A stretch of DNA of 64,000 bases, taken from NCBI GenBank assembly GCA_030704615.1, contig CM060733.1, positions 3,038,001 to 3,102,000 on the forward strand. The letters are read 5' to 3'. The first letter of the stretch is position 1. Each line of letters opens with the position of its first letter. The position numbers and the translations under genes are program-made. Below are positions 37,731 through 51,300 of this stretch, piece by piece. Below the pieces are notes generated by a model that was not told where the DNA came from, ran no database searches, and saw nothing but the letters and a program-made list of their open reading frames with translations. This DNA is from Takakia lepidozioides (taxonomy: Eukaryota; Plantae; Bryophyta).

Positions 37731-38928
37731 GAAGGTTTGCCCTATCTCTTCCTCCGCCCTAAAACTTTGCACGATACGCGTGCGTTTTGATTCTGATGGA
37801 GCTGAGCGATGGTGTCAGTGAATTCATTTAAACATAAAGCTTGTGAATTTGATGGCTATGGAGAAGCTTTATGGCAGCCTGCAAGTGCTCTGGCAAGATT
37901 CCAGTACTTTTCGATTCCCCTTGGGGTATGCAATGGCGGCAGAGCTTCAATTCCCTCAATGAGGTTGTCTCTTCCCTTGGCGGACAATTGTTAGAGGACT
38001 GTCTGGGACTTAGACACTTATACAGAATCTGTGGGGTACCCTTAATTTTTGCACAGACTGAGACCAACAGGAGCCTTAGGGGTGACAGCAGCGCACTTTA
38101 GGGGGGGGTTACATAGCCCGTCACAGCCAACACAGCCAACACAGCCAGACACAGTCAACACAGTTCGTCACAGCCCGACACAGCCCATCATAGCCAACAC
38201 AGCCCGTCACAGCCGACACAGTCACACAGCCAGTCACAGCCCACCACAGCCAAACACAGTCGCACAGCCAGTCACAGCCCGACACAGCCGGTCACAGCCG
38301 GTCACAGTTTCACACAGCCAGTCACAGCTTGACACAGTTGTCACGACCATAGGGAACGGATAGCAGGACAGGGAACGACTTTGGGGAACAACACCTGCGA
38401 ATGGAACATGTTAGTTCACGGACGACGGTTAGTGAGGAAAACGGTTAGAACAACGGGTAGGAAGATAAAGCTAGGAGCAAGGACTGAAAGGGGGATTATT
38501 TTTGGGAGCACTTCGGGGGGAATCTGTGCTGGAAGGAGGGGAAGGAGCACTTCTGGGGGAGACTTCAGACATCACTGGGGGAAAGGAGGAGAGAGCGTAT
38601 CTCTGAGCAGAAAGATGGAGAGCACGGAGTAGGAGGAGGATCTGTTGATGCTTAATGAATGCAGGCAGTAGAATTGTAATGTAGAGCAGATTCGAGACTC
38701 CATGGCTTCAGCCTAATACTTGATAGATATTAATCTGATACACACTTCATACTCACACTGTGTAGAGAGATCTGAGTGAAGCTATGGAATGAATGGATGA
38801 GTTGATGGAATCCGATAAATTGATGAAGCAAACTGTTACTTAATTACCAGCAGTAAGGTAATTAGCTAACATGAATGCGGGAAGGAAAACAAATAGGAAA
38901 CACCCCTATGATACACTAGCTGTAGGTC

Positions 38929-39623
38929 ATGACTGATTGTTCTGAGCGGGCTGAGTACTTAGAGATTTCCAACTCTTCTATCTTGGAGTTTCCGCCTCGG
39001 ATAGCGAAGGGATGGGTGAGTAAAAGCCGCGCGACATTTGGTGATCATAATGGGGAACTGGGTCATGAACAACCAAATGTGACAGGCATCTGGTGGGATT
39101 ATGGTGGATGGAGAATTAAAGAATTTGATGTGAATCAAATTCCTTGTGAAACTGAGAAGGAAAGATTGTCCAAACGATTCTTCCAGAGGTTTTGGAATTG
39201 CCAGACGGTTGTAAAGAAAACATTCTTAAGAGAGTGCATGATGCTGAACCAGAGTGGGGTCTGGAGAAAGGAGTGATAAAGATTTATCAGGTGGCCTGTA
39301 GAGGAAGAGCACGTTGGTTACCAACATTGGTTTATGTGATAGCATTGCTATCCATTAAGCAAGTAGAGTTTAAAGGCTGGGAGGAAAGAAAGGTGAATGT
39401 TTATACTCATATGCATGAAGAGCTTGTACTGGTAAAGAATTGGATTCCAAAGGATATTTTGTGGATCAAACTCACACCAAGAACAGCTTTTCAGACTTGT
39501 TTGCCATATGGTTATATGGTACCGGAGACTTCAAGTATAGCCAAGGGTGCATTGAAGCTTGAAAGAAACCCAGGCATATACGAGAGATATTACAAAAGAG
39601 AGTTTTGGTTATTGCCACATTAA
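38929..39623 (+). pseudogene. E3 ORF0 (one frameshift)
   Basis: Two frames homologous to 6112-6807. Confidence 0.7.
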
Positions 39624-39645
39624 AAAGGAATGAAAGACATGGGAC

Positions 39646-41802
39646 ATGAGTGATGAAAGAGAAGCTAGACGCCAGAGATATTCAGCAAAAAGAGAAAGCT
39701 ATCTGAAAGCTAATTATCCATATCTTTGGGAGAGAGGAATAGACATAGGGGAATCATCTGGACCTCTCACACCATTAAGATCAAAGAGTACATCACCCAT
39801 ACCGGAAGAACTAGAGTTGGATGCCACTCCTTCTCTTTCTTTGCAAGAAAGATTAAGGGAATTGGTACGGGAAGAAGATCAATCACGAGGTGAAAGATCT
39901 GAGGTACATCCCTGGATAAAAGATTTGACAGAAATCTTTGATAAGAGTTGGCATGGAACACCAAAAGCAGGAACTCCAGTTTCTGAAGCGGAAGGTTAAG
40001 AAAGAGGAGAGGATGTGGCAGAGCCAACGGAGAGTTCAGACTCTCCAACACCATTACAGTTGAGTTACATGAGTGAAGAAGAAACCCAAGGGCAGAACTT
40101 GGAGGATGAAGACAGAGAGAAGAAATTGGAAGAGGAAGAATATGAAGAAGTAGACCCAACAACTGAGGTTGAGACTACAACCAGGACATCCCAACCCGTT
40201 GGACCTGGATCAAGTGGAGGACCTGGATCAAGTGGAGGACCTGGATCAAGTGGAGCACTTGGATCACAAGCCAACGAAGGTGTCGGCTCAGGGGGATCAG
40301 GCGGGCTGCCTGGATCTGGCTTTGGGGGGACAGGGACTGTGGGAAGTAGTGCAACTGAAGCTGGGAATACTGTGAATATCGTGGGGCCAGAAGCAGGGAG
40401 TGCTCAAGGGCTACCACTTGGTGGAAGATCCACCACAACAACAACAGGTCCAGAAGGACCAGCACCAGCAAGGGTGCCAGCACCTGTCAGTGGGCAGAAA
40501 GTAGGGCCACAGATGGCGTTACAACCAACACGGGCAAAACCACATTTTCCAATATATTCAGGAAAAGGGGATCCCGATGTACACATTAGCCAATTTGAGC
40601 ACATGTGTATAGTGAACAATGAGAATGGCGATGATGCCAAGATGAGTTTGTTTCCTTGTTCACTTATAAAGAAAGCAAGTGAATGGTATGCAAGATTCCC
40701 TGATAATCATTTCCTAACCTGGAATGGCTTGAATACAGCATTCCAAAATAGGTTCAGGACAAGTAAAACTGAGGATGAAGTGTATGGAAGTTTACAACAG
40801 TTAAAGCAAAAGAAACATGAAACTGTTGAGGAGTATATGGAAAAGATGGAATTGATGATGAAAAAGCTGGCTGCAGTACCAGCACCAGGGTTACAGAAGA
40901 CTTGGTTTGTGAGTGGACTAAGACCAGAGTTGCAAAAGAAAGTGGATATGTTACCCCATAATACAAAGGAGGAGGCATTTGAAACTGCAAACAGAATTGA
41001 GCAATTGGGAATGCTCAGGAGAGAGAAAAGGGATGATGAGGACTCTCAGGATGAGTCAGATGAAAAAGAAGAGCAAGAACTAAAAAGGAAGAGTAAGAGA
41101 AAGGAGAAGTTGAAGAGAGAAAACTATCAGAAAAGATTGGAAGAAATCTTGAAGAAGTATGCCACAGAGGCTGCAACACATTGGAGGAAGGGCGTATGGT
41201 GTGCAAAGTGCCAGAATGAAGGCCATACGACCACAGAATGCCACATGAAGGAGAAACACTGTACTATCTGTAAAATGGATAACCATTCTACTGAGAATTG
41301 TTACTACAACAGAAGGACAGCTGCAAGAGAACCTAGGCAAGTAAGGGTGCATCAGGTGCAGCCCCAGCCAAGAAGAAACAATGATCAGGACCACTATGGT
41401 AGGTCTGGTGGTTATAACAATGGCATGGAAGGGAGAGGTAATTCAAGAGGAAATTACCAAGGAAATTCCAGAGGCAACTATCAGGGTAATCCAAAGGGGA
41501 ATTACCAGCCCGGGAATCAGGATTACAGAAATAATCCAAGAACAGACCAAGGGCGAGGACCCAATGGTGAAGAACTATGTTACTATTGTAATCAGCCAGG
41601 ACATCGCAAGGCAGCCTGTTCATTCTGGATTAGACACCAGAATGAGGTGAGAGCTCATGTGAATGAGGGCCCAGTGGTGGCAGCTCACATGGTTAGGCCA
41701 TGTGTTGTACCAGAAGTAAGTACAATGATAGTAACAAGAAGTAAAGCCAAACTAATACCTCCAGTAGTAGAGGAAGAAGATGATAATGAAGGTGGCAGTG
41801 AT
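39646..41802 (+). pseudogene. gag: E3 gag (premature TAA at 39997), truncated before the protease
   Basis: Capsid and three CCHC knuckles; homology to E2 stops at ggcagtgat (E2 26158). Confidence 0.9.
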
Positions 41803-41813
41803 TCCCCCCACAG

Positions 41814-44637
41814 TAAGAGACAGAGCCGGGGAAAGACTGTAGTGGCGGATCCACTGGCTTCACGGAATCCGCATGATAATGTTTCCCAAGCTCTTGTGTA
41901 GGAAGGGGCACAGCAGCACAGAGAACTGCTATTACTGGAAGCAGGACCTTCAGAGAGGGAAGAGGAAGTCACTTCAGTATCACAGCCATCACAGCCAGAG
42001 GATCGGCTTGTCACAAGGTTACCACAAGTTGTCCATGCAGTTCAACCAGAAATAATTGATTTAGAAAAAGAAGGGTTAGATATTCCCACTACAGAACAGG
42101 TGGTGGCAGAAATTGAGAAGGGGGACCTTCTCTATGAATATTCTGGTATGGTCAAGGACACAGTGATTCCGGAGGTGCAACGGTTGTCCAGGGGAAACCC
42201 TGCGGCGCATATAATACACACACCTGTGACGGAGATACCACAGGTAGAATGCCAAGACACTGCAGCACCAGTGACGGATGGAGTGGTTCAGGAAGAAAAT
42301 CTGGTGGGGCAATGGCCTGAGTGGTTCGTAAGGCATCACACTGTTGAGGATCAGGGAGAACAGCAGCAAGCTCACCAAGATGACCCTCAACAGGCTATGC
42401 TTATGAGTTCCATAAGCAGGACAATGAATTTGTTGGGTACTTATGTCAAATCCCATGTTCCCACTACTCAATTGGCAGCTTTGAGGGAGGAACTCAGGAA
42501 AGAGTTTGAGGCTCGACTTGCCATAGAGTGTGCAAACAAGGTCGATGAAGAGGTCACTCTCAAAATGCAGCAAAACTTGGAGAGTACAGAAGCGGCTTTG
42601 CAATTGGCCAAGGAACAATTGATTGAGGCAGCCCTCGCACAAGAACACTTGCACGAAGCACATAAGCAACAGCTATACCAAATGCAGGTGAAGCATGAAA
42701 GCAAGTTGCAAGAAGTGAATGCACTACATATGGAGTTGCAGACAGTTCATGACAAGATGGCCATACAATGTGCTACACTCACAACTATGCTTGACCAATC
42801 TACAAAAGAAATAAACAGTCAAGCGGAAAAATGTACGAAGGCAGAGGAAGAGAATGTTGAGCAAATGAAACTCATTGTCGATATGAAGAATACAATCTGT
42901 CGCAATGAGGATACTTTCAAGCAATACAGGCAGGTTGAAACTGACCAAGAGAAGCACATCCTGGAGTTGCAGCAAATGGTCATGGCCAATAGAAATGAAA
43001 TCTCGGTCACTAACAAGGCTTGGAAGGAAGCCAATAATCTGCTTGCTGCTTATGCGAATTTGGTTGAACCTCATGCGAAGCGCATGAAAACTTTACAACA
43101 GCAGTTAGATGTGTACAAACTCAGAGAGGAGCACACTCTTAGAGGAACCACAAGCAACTTGGTGGATAACCACCTTATGCAGGTCTGGTTAGCACAAGGG
43201 CCAGTGGAGGGCAAAGCACCACGAAAGCTCACCCAAAGCGAGATGAATGAGCTCAGACTGCAAGTGCAGAACATTGCCACAACTACTATAGACAATGTCT
43301 ATAGTAGGATAGCAGAGTTACAGGAGGATGTAGACGGACTGCAGACTCAAGTGGAGGACCTCACTTCAAATATCGACAAAAGAGTCTATATACCTGAGGA
43401 ACAGCTAATGGCTTCTTATTTACAAGCCAGAACTTTGGCTTTTCAATCTTCTTCACAGCAGGTGCAGGAGATGCCAATGATACAAGAGCCAGTGCCATCA
43501 ACACCACAACAAGTCACTGTGCCAGTAACTGACCCTGTTGTTACTACATCCACACCACAGCCACCACAGCCTGACGTATGGGGCAATGCTGCTTTTAACC
43601 CACCAAAAACTCCAGCTGCAAGGGAGTACAGTAGGGCTATGATTATGCCCTTCAACCAAATTCCCATTGTGTTGGATTTGGTTTGGAAAGAATTTAGTCC
43701 TCCGCAGTCATTGGCACATTACTATCAAATCATGCGCATATGGCTGCCAGTGGCAACTAGGACTAAAGTTCTTCCGAACAATCGACCAATTGAGGATCAT
43801 CACTTTGCACAGTACTGGCATGAGGCAGGTACCATGTTGAAGGAATTAATTGCTTTCCAAGTTGTACATGGATTCATTTATACCAAGACCAAGGAGGTAG
43901 CAAGTATTGTCATGGGATGCGGGTTATACTACGCTGCTTGTTTTCTGGTACGTTATCACATTGAGCAGCACAAGATGCAATCGTGCTTTCTGAGTTATTC
44001 CAGTGGGGATCATTGGGTCTTACCTTCAGTGCCACCTCATATGTACCTATATGAGGCAAAAGTTATGATACAAAAGGATTCTCAAATTCGTTCATGGTTT
44101 CATGCGGCCTGGAACAATTTGTCAACACAGAAATTCGGCATTGATGATATTTTCTATAAGGGACATGTGGCATGGAAATACTTGCACAATTCCCAAGTCA
44201 TTGGTACCCCACTCACCTGGACAGAAAAGGAGCTCAGGGTCTTCACCAATTTTGCCATTCAGCGTTTACAGCAAGTTTTAAAATATAAACTTCCAAACAT
44301 GGTAGGACAACATTGTATGCCCCAGAGGATTCCACAAAAAGTTCGACAATTAAAACACCTGAGAGGCGAGGAGGATTCTGATACAACTGTTTCTTCAGCG
44401 GACTCTTTTGACATGGGAGAAGACTATGCAATTCAGATGGCAGAAAAGAAGCGACGGGGGTCTCATATGCCTGAAAGGTTACCTCGATATCAGCCTCCAG
44501 AAGGCCTCACATATCCAGGTAGTGTTCAATCATCTCCGTCAACCAGTGACAGACCTCGGGCTCGTACACACAGTCCGCCACGAAACTCTCAACGTCAGAA
44601 AGGTGCTCGCTCACAAAGGTTTGCTAATCCCAATTAG
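41814..44637 (+). pseudogene. E3 ORF3, 5'-truncated (open 42100-44637)
   Basis: Homologous to E2 from ~31816 onward. Confidence 0.85.
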
Positions 44638-45704
44638 TAAACCATGAGGACACGGCTTTTTGAGACGGGAAGGGGTAATGTTAGAGGACTGTCTGGGACT
44701 TAGACACTTATACAAAATCTGTGGGTACCCTTAATTTTTGCACAGACTGAGACCAACAGGAGCCTTAGGGGTGACAGCAGCGCACTTTAGGGGGGGTTAC
44801 ACAGCCCGTCACAGCCAACACAGCCCGACACAGCCCATCACAGCCAACACAGCCCGTCACAGCCGACACAGCCACACAGCCAGTCACAGCACGACACAGC
44901 CAAACACAGTCGCACAGCCAGTCACAGCCCGACACAGCCCGTCACAGCCCGTCACAGTTTCACACAGCCAGTCACAGCTTGACACAGCTGTCACGACCAT
45001 AGGGAACGGATAGCAGGACAGGGAACGACTTTGGGGAACAACACCTGCGAATGGAACATGTTAGTTCACGGACGACGGTTAGTGAGGGAAACGGTTAGAA
45101 CAACGGGTAGGAAGATAAAGCTAGGGAGCAAGGACTGAAAGGGGGATTATTTTTTGGAGCACTTCGGGGGGAATCACTGCTGGAAGGAGGGGAAGGAGCA
45201 CTTCTGGGGGAGACTTCGGACATCACTGGGGGAAAGGAGGAGAGAGCGTATCTCTGAGCAGAAAGATGGAGAGCACGGAGTAGGAGGAGGATCTGTTGAT
45301 GCTTAATGAATGCAGGCAGTAGAATTGTAATGTAGAGCAGATTCGAGACTCCATGGCTTCAGCCTGATACTTGATAGATATTAATCTGATACACACTTCA
45401 TACTCACACTGTGTATAGAGATCTGAGTGAAGCTGTGGAATGAATGGATGAGTTGATGGAATCCGATAAATTGATGAAGCAAACTGATACTTAATTACCA
45501 GCAGTAAGGTAACTAGCTAACATGAATGCGGGAAGGAAAACAAATAAGAAACACCCCCATGATACACTAGCTGTAGGTCATGACTGATTGTTCTGAGCGG
45601 GCTGAGTACTTAGAGATTTCCAACTCTTCTATCTTGGAGTTTTCGCCTCGGATAGCGAAGGGATGGGTGAGTAAAAGCCGCGCGACATTTGGTGATCATA
45701 CTGG

Positions 45705-45834
45705 GGAAGAAGTTTATGTTCTATGTGGATCACCAGGCTCTGATATACCTGGTAAACAAACCTCTGATAAGCGGAAGAATAGCAAGATGGTTAATAATCT
45801 TGCATGAGTTTGAGTTCGAGGTTGTTTACAAGCC
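45705..45834 (+). other. ~130-bp orphan pol (RNase H) fragment
   Basis: KKFMFYVDHQALIYLVNKPLISGRIARWLIILHEFEFEVVYKP, matching E2 ~28520-28648. Confidence 0.9.
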
Positions 45835-46851
45835 CTTTTACTCACCCATCCCTTCGCTATCCGAGGCGGAAACTTCAAGATAAGAAGAGTTGGAAATCTC
45901 TAAGTACTCAGCCCGCTCAGAACAATCAGTCATGACCTATAGCTAGTGTATCATGGGGGTGTTTCCTATTTTTTTCCTTCCCGCATTCATGTAGCTAGTT
46001 ACCTTACTGCTGGTAATTAAGTATCAGTTTGCTTCATCAATTTATCGGATTCCATCAACTCATCCATTCATTCCACAGCTTCACTCAGATCTCTCTACAC
46101 AGTGTGAGTATGAAGTGTGTATCAGATTAATATCTATCAAGTATCAGGCTGAAGCCATGGAGTCTCGAATCTGCTCTACATTACAATTCTACTGCTTGCA
46201 TTCATTAAGCATCAACAGATCCTCCTCCTACTCCGTGCTCTCCATCTTTCTGCTCAGAGATACGCTCTCTCCTCCTTTCCCCCAGTGATGTCCGAAGTCT
46301 CCCCCAGAAGTGCTCCTTCCCCTTCCTTCCAGCATGATTCCCCCGAAGTGCTCCAAAAAATAATCCCCCTTTCCAGTCCTTGCTCCTAGCTTTATCTTCC
46401 TACCCGTTGTTCTAACCGTTTCCTCACTAACCGTCGTCCGTGAACTAACATGTTCCATTCGCAGGTGTTGTTCCCCACAGTCGTTCCCTGTCCTGCTATC
46501 CGTTCCCTATGGTCGTGACAGCTGTGTCAAGCTGTGACTGGCTGTGTGAAACTGTGACCGGCTGTGACCGGCTGTGTCGGGCTGTGACTGGCTGTGCAAC
46601 TGTGTTTGGCTGTGTCTGGCTGTGACTGGCTGTGTGGCTGTGTTGGTTGTGATGGGTTGTGTCGGGCTGTGACGAGCTGTGTTGACTGTGTCTGGCTGTG
46701 TTGGCTGTGTTGGCTGTGACGGGCTGCGTAAACCCCCCCTAAAGTGCGCTGCTGTCACCCCTAAGGCTCCTGTTGGTCTCAGTCTGTGCAAAAATTAAGG
46801 GTACCCCACAGATTCCGTATAAGTGTCTAAGTCCCAGACAGTCCTCTAACA
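45835..46851 (-). repeat. Inverted LTR lacking its last ~10 bp
   Basis: Reverse complement of the E3 LTR, ending ...gtcctctaaca. Confidence 0.93.
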
Positions 46852-47716
46852 ACAATCTACCCTAAGCAGTGATTGTTTGTCGATCCGTTCAATGGTCATT
46901 AAGATCCAGCGCCGCTCTCAAACTTTCAGGAAGTCTCTTCACCTGATAAAATGCTCGTAGAAATCAGCAAACCGTTGCTTGTTTGTGCTGTCGATTGCCG
47001 AGTTCTTGGAGCTATGTCGAATCCTCTTCCACAAACCCTTAAGGTTGTGGATAATCTTTGCTTTGCTTTTGATCTCTTCTTGCTTTTGAACGCATGTTGT
47101 ACAGCAATAACAAGCGTGAGGCCTGATATTCACCTGGGTTCCACATCTTTCACTAACTTCATTGTTTTTTGATTGCATTGATGGGGACCAGGTGAGGGCC
47201 CTCACTTAATATGATTCATGAAGCTTGCAGTTGATTGAAACCTAGCAAGATGAAGTGAAGTCGACTCAAGTTGTTTCTTCAGGGAGCTGATTCAAATCTA
47301 CCCCTTATCTTGATCTTTCTGGCTATGCTTCCAGCTCTTTCTGTTAAGCATCAATGCATAGATGAGCTTTATTAGAATAACTTACGTTCTATTAATCACT
47401 GTTGCCTTTGATTTCTGCTACATTACATGATGGTGCTGGATTTGCTGTTTACAGCCCAGCCCGAGCTTTTTTTCGCGGTTTATAGTACTGGTAAGATGCT
47501 GGGCGTGAAGGTATCGCGGTAGCCAAGTAAGAGGACATAGGGAACACCAATATCTTGTTTTAGGCCATGTATTGATGAACTGATGCAGGCCATTTGATTA
47601 CAGTCCTTCTTTACTTGTTTTGACCTTGCAAGTACTCTGCTGAAGCAGATACAAATTACCCCAAAACCTAAAACGGGCTCTAGGGTAGACTGGTTTTACT
47701 GCTATGGCATGTACCA

Positions 47717-48216
47717 NNNNNNNNNNNNNNNNNNNNNNNNNNNNNNNNNNNNNNNNNNNNNNNNNNNNNNNNNNNNNNNNNNNNNNNNNNNNNNNNNNNN
47801 NNNNNNNNNNNNNNNNNNNNNNNNNNNNNNNNNNNNNNNNNNNNNNNNNNNNNNNNNNNNNNNNNNNNNNNNNNNNNNNNNNNNNNNNNNNNNNNNNNNN
47901 NNNNNNNNNNNNNNNNNNNNNNNNNNNNNNNNNNNNNNNNNNNNNNNNNNNNNNNNNNNNNNNNNNNNNNNNNNNNNNNNNNNNNNNNNNNNNNNNNNNN
48001 NNNNNNNNNNNNNNNNNNNNNNNNNNNNNNNNNNNNNNNNNNNNNNNNNNNNNNNNNNNNNNNNNNNNNNNNNNNNNNNNNNNNNNNNNNNNNNNNNNNN
48101 NNNNNNNNNNNNNNNNNNNNNNNNNNNNNNNNNNNNNNNNNNNNNNNNNNNNNNNNNNNNNNNNNNNNNNNNNNNNNNNNNNNNNNNNNNNNNNNNNNNN
48201 NNNNNNNNNNNNNNNN
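47717..48216. other. Assembly gap (500 N)
   Basis: Run of N. Confidence 0.99.
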
Positions 48217-48389
48217 CTGGCAAGGGAAAGTGTAGGCCCAATGTTTCGACCCGGACCCTGCAATCCTGCACATGACAATCATCAACGAGGGACTAATGAG
48301 AACCACAGTCGTGAAAATTCCTTTGACATAAATGACCCAGAAGGCTTTGCAAAACTTACAATGTTTGCACTCACTCGTATTCCGGGTTC

Positions 48390-51300
48390 TCCTCGCATCA
48401 ATGTCCACTGTGTCTCCTCGGACTCCGAAATCCGAGGAGACTTCCGCTCTGTCGGGAGCCTTCACATTCGTTGCAGCCCCTCCAGATGGGATCCCCACAC
48501 GATGAATCCTCCTCGTAGGCAAAGAGGTGCCGGTCGGAAAAACCGCCCCAGCCCACATTGAGGCACCTGTTACAATGCCATCCCACATTACCACATGGCG
48601 CTTCAGATGTTGCGAACTACATCCTAACGAGAATTTGCAGAACAGCAGAGATCAAGATTCTGCATACCTGTCCCACAGATGAGGTCCAGCACTGTGCCCT
48701 CCACGTCTGTGCATGTCTCCATAATTGTCTGAATGAAGGCAGGGCTCCGAGTCCGTGAGTACCGCAGGGGTTCCGTTGATGAAGTGAGGCTATGAGGGAG
48801 AAGTTCCTTGGGAACGTTGTTGAACAGAACGTCGTAATCGAGTGGGTCGCAGTTCGGGTCAACCTTTCCTCCCTCCTTCCGGAAAGCAAGGTGGAGTTTC
48901 CTTCACAAAGCAGTATGCATCGAACTGCTTCGTCTGCATACACAGGGGGAAAACGATTAGAAACCGAATGCGGCACCGCATTTGAAAGCACCCAGCAAAT
49001 GAATGGACGAGTGCCAGTGTCGTAATCACCTTCTTCCCTTCCGACCGAAGGCCCAGTGTGATGCACGTCCACTTCTTTTTTTTCAGAATCGGGACGGCGC
49101 TCTTGCGGGTCCACTTCGCAATTCCTGTCTGAGTGTTTTTTCCTCTGCTCGCCAGGACAACCACACAGCCTCTGTCGTCCAACACCATGCGGGCAAGCCC
49201 GAATCCTTTCTTCCAAAAGTCCTCCGAGTACCTGTTCCAAGATGGCAAAGCTTGCAGTCCTTCCACAGGCTCTCCGTCCGGAATATCCAAGATGATCATA
49301 TCGCAAGACCACTCGGTGGCATGGCATTTCGCCCCTCCTACAATCCTTGTCTGCACACACCCTCTCAAAGAACGAGACCATATTCTGAAATCCTGGGTGT
49401 CGGAAGGCTCTTCGGCAGTCGCCTTCTTCAGTGCTCTGCCCTTCAGACCCTCCATGGTCTTCATGTATGCCAACTTGGCTGCCCGTCCATCCAAAGCCGC
49501 CAAGAAACTCTCATTTACACACTGGACTACAGTTTCGGGAGCCACTTTCGGCCTCTTCATTTCCACCGGCTCGAAAGGGTGCCCCTGGGGGGTTGAAGAG
49601 TGCCTTCTTTGCCGAGCCAGTTCTCGTGCCTCTGTGACAACGGTGGGCACAGGGGAGGCAGCCTGCGTTTGGGGGGGTGGGCTGGTTGCAAAGTCTCCAT
49701 CGGAGTCCTCTTCCTCACCCTCTTCCTGAACAGGCTGTTTCTGCTTCTTCGTTTTGGCGGGTGTCACAACAGCTGCTCCTTGCTGGCGAGTCCTCTTCTT
49801 CGACCCCTTCTGTTGGGCCTGCACAGCTGCATCCACCGTCTTTTGTGCCATCTCAGCTGCCTTTCTGGATTCTTCCAGAGCAGCAGATTCCTTTGCCGAC
49901 TTTGGCCCAGCAGGGACACGTCTTTCCTTTCTCTTCTCTTCTGCCAAGGCGTGCAGATCTTTCTCAGACTCGTCAACAATACCGCCAGACATGTCCAGGT
50001 ACCACGGGCATCCAACGAGATGCGCGGGATGCCATTGTTTCTGCATCTCGGGTGTGTAGACACAGCTTGGGCCCGCCACGGTCCAAGCCATGAAGAACGG
50101 GGGCTCTTGAGCCAGGGCCCCTGTCTGAAGGAGCACGTATTTCATATACCTGCAAGGCAGTCAGCATGCGTGAGCAAAAGTTGAGACCAACCTACTGGCA
50201 GAGTGCCACCGAAACATAAAATGCGAATGCGGTGCCGCATTTCCGAGACAAACCTCGTAACCAGGCTTCGCATACAAGGGCAGCTGTGCTTCACCTGTAA
50301 ACAATTCGCATTGCAGCTTTCCCCGCTCCCTCCTGATGTGTAAACTCCACGCTCCTTCTTGCTGTCTGTAGCTCTCTGGCGAAAAGGTTGTCCTTGTACG
50401 CACATCTGAAACGTGTCACGTAGTCTTCCAATGTCTGTGTTCCATCCCATTTGACGTACAAGCCGAACGAATTTGTGTGCATTACGACTTGCTCCTTCGC
50501 ATTCGACATTACCTGCATTCCCAAATGCATTGTCACGTAGCAGTTCAGGGAATTCATGTCAGAAAAGCAAATCTGGGGAAGTACCTTGAATTACCTGGAA
50601 CCACCAAGTCATACGGTTGAGCCACACATCCACTGCAGGGTCGGAAACTTCCAGTGGAAAAGACCACATTGTCCTTATGCTCTCGGATGCATTCCAGATC
50701 GACAGCCACCGTGTCTGCCATTTCCGATCCAATGTCAGTGGCTGGAAGAGAGTGGCTATTGCTAGGAAGGAAATTCAGTGCATTGAAACCTCACCTTCTC
50801 TTTCGCCTCCACACATGCCGTTGAGAGGTGATGCAGTTTCTCCAATTGCATGGTCGGCTGCATGGCCCGAGAATAGTGTTTTGCAATCTCGGGGATGAAG
50901 TCCTTTCCAAGTGCCGGATCTGCAATTGCCACCAGCTTCACAAGCTTTGACTTGTATTTGGTTCTGGACTTGACACCGGCTTCCTTCAAGTGCTCAGTCA
51001 ATGACTGCAACGTTTTGACCTGCCCCTCACTTTCCATGAAGAAGCGTTTGGCATGGGCCAAATCCAGCTTGATGTTTGACTGCCAACAAAAACATGCAGA
51101 AGCGTTACATTCGATTCATGTGGAAACATTACTGGAAATTGGGGAAGGATGAGCAGAGGGAAATTGGAGCACGACTTACTTCGTATATCACCTCACCATT
51201 CCATCCATAGTGAGACGATACCATGTCCGGTCTGTTTTTGCAACGGCTTTCTGAATGAGCTCCGGCTCCAGCATTTCCGCAAACATCTGCGGATCAGTAA

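Larger units (their letters stand above)
37989..46851 (+). mobile_element. Aberrant Ty3/gypsy copy E3: LTR-ORF0-gag/ORF3 (pol deleted)-LTR-PBS-RNase H fragment-inverted LTR
   Basis: Single TSD ACAAT at 37984-37988 and 46852-46856; LTRs 37989-39036(+), 44679-45687(+), 45835-46851(-). Confidence 0.9.

Noticed and set aside
47598-48594. Long ORFs spanning the N run
   Set aside because: Artefacts of the assembly gap.
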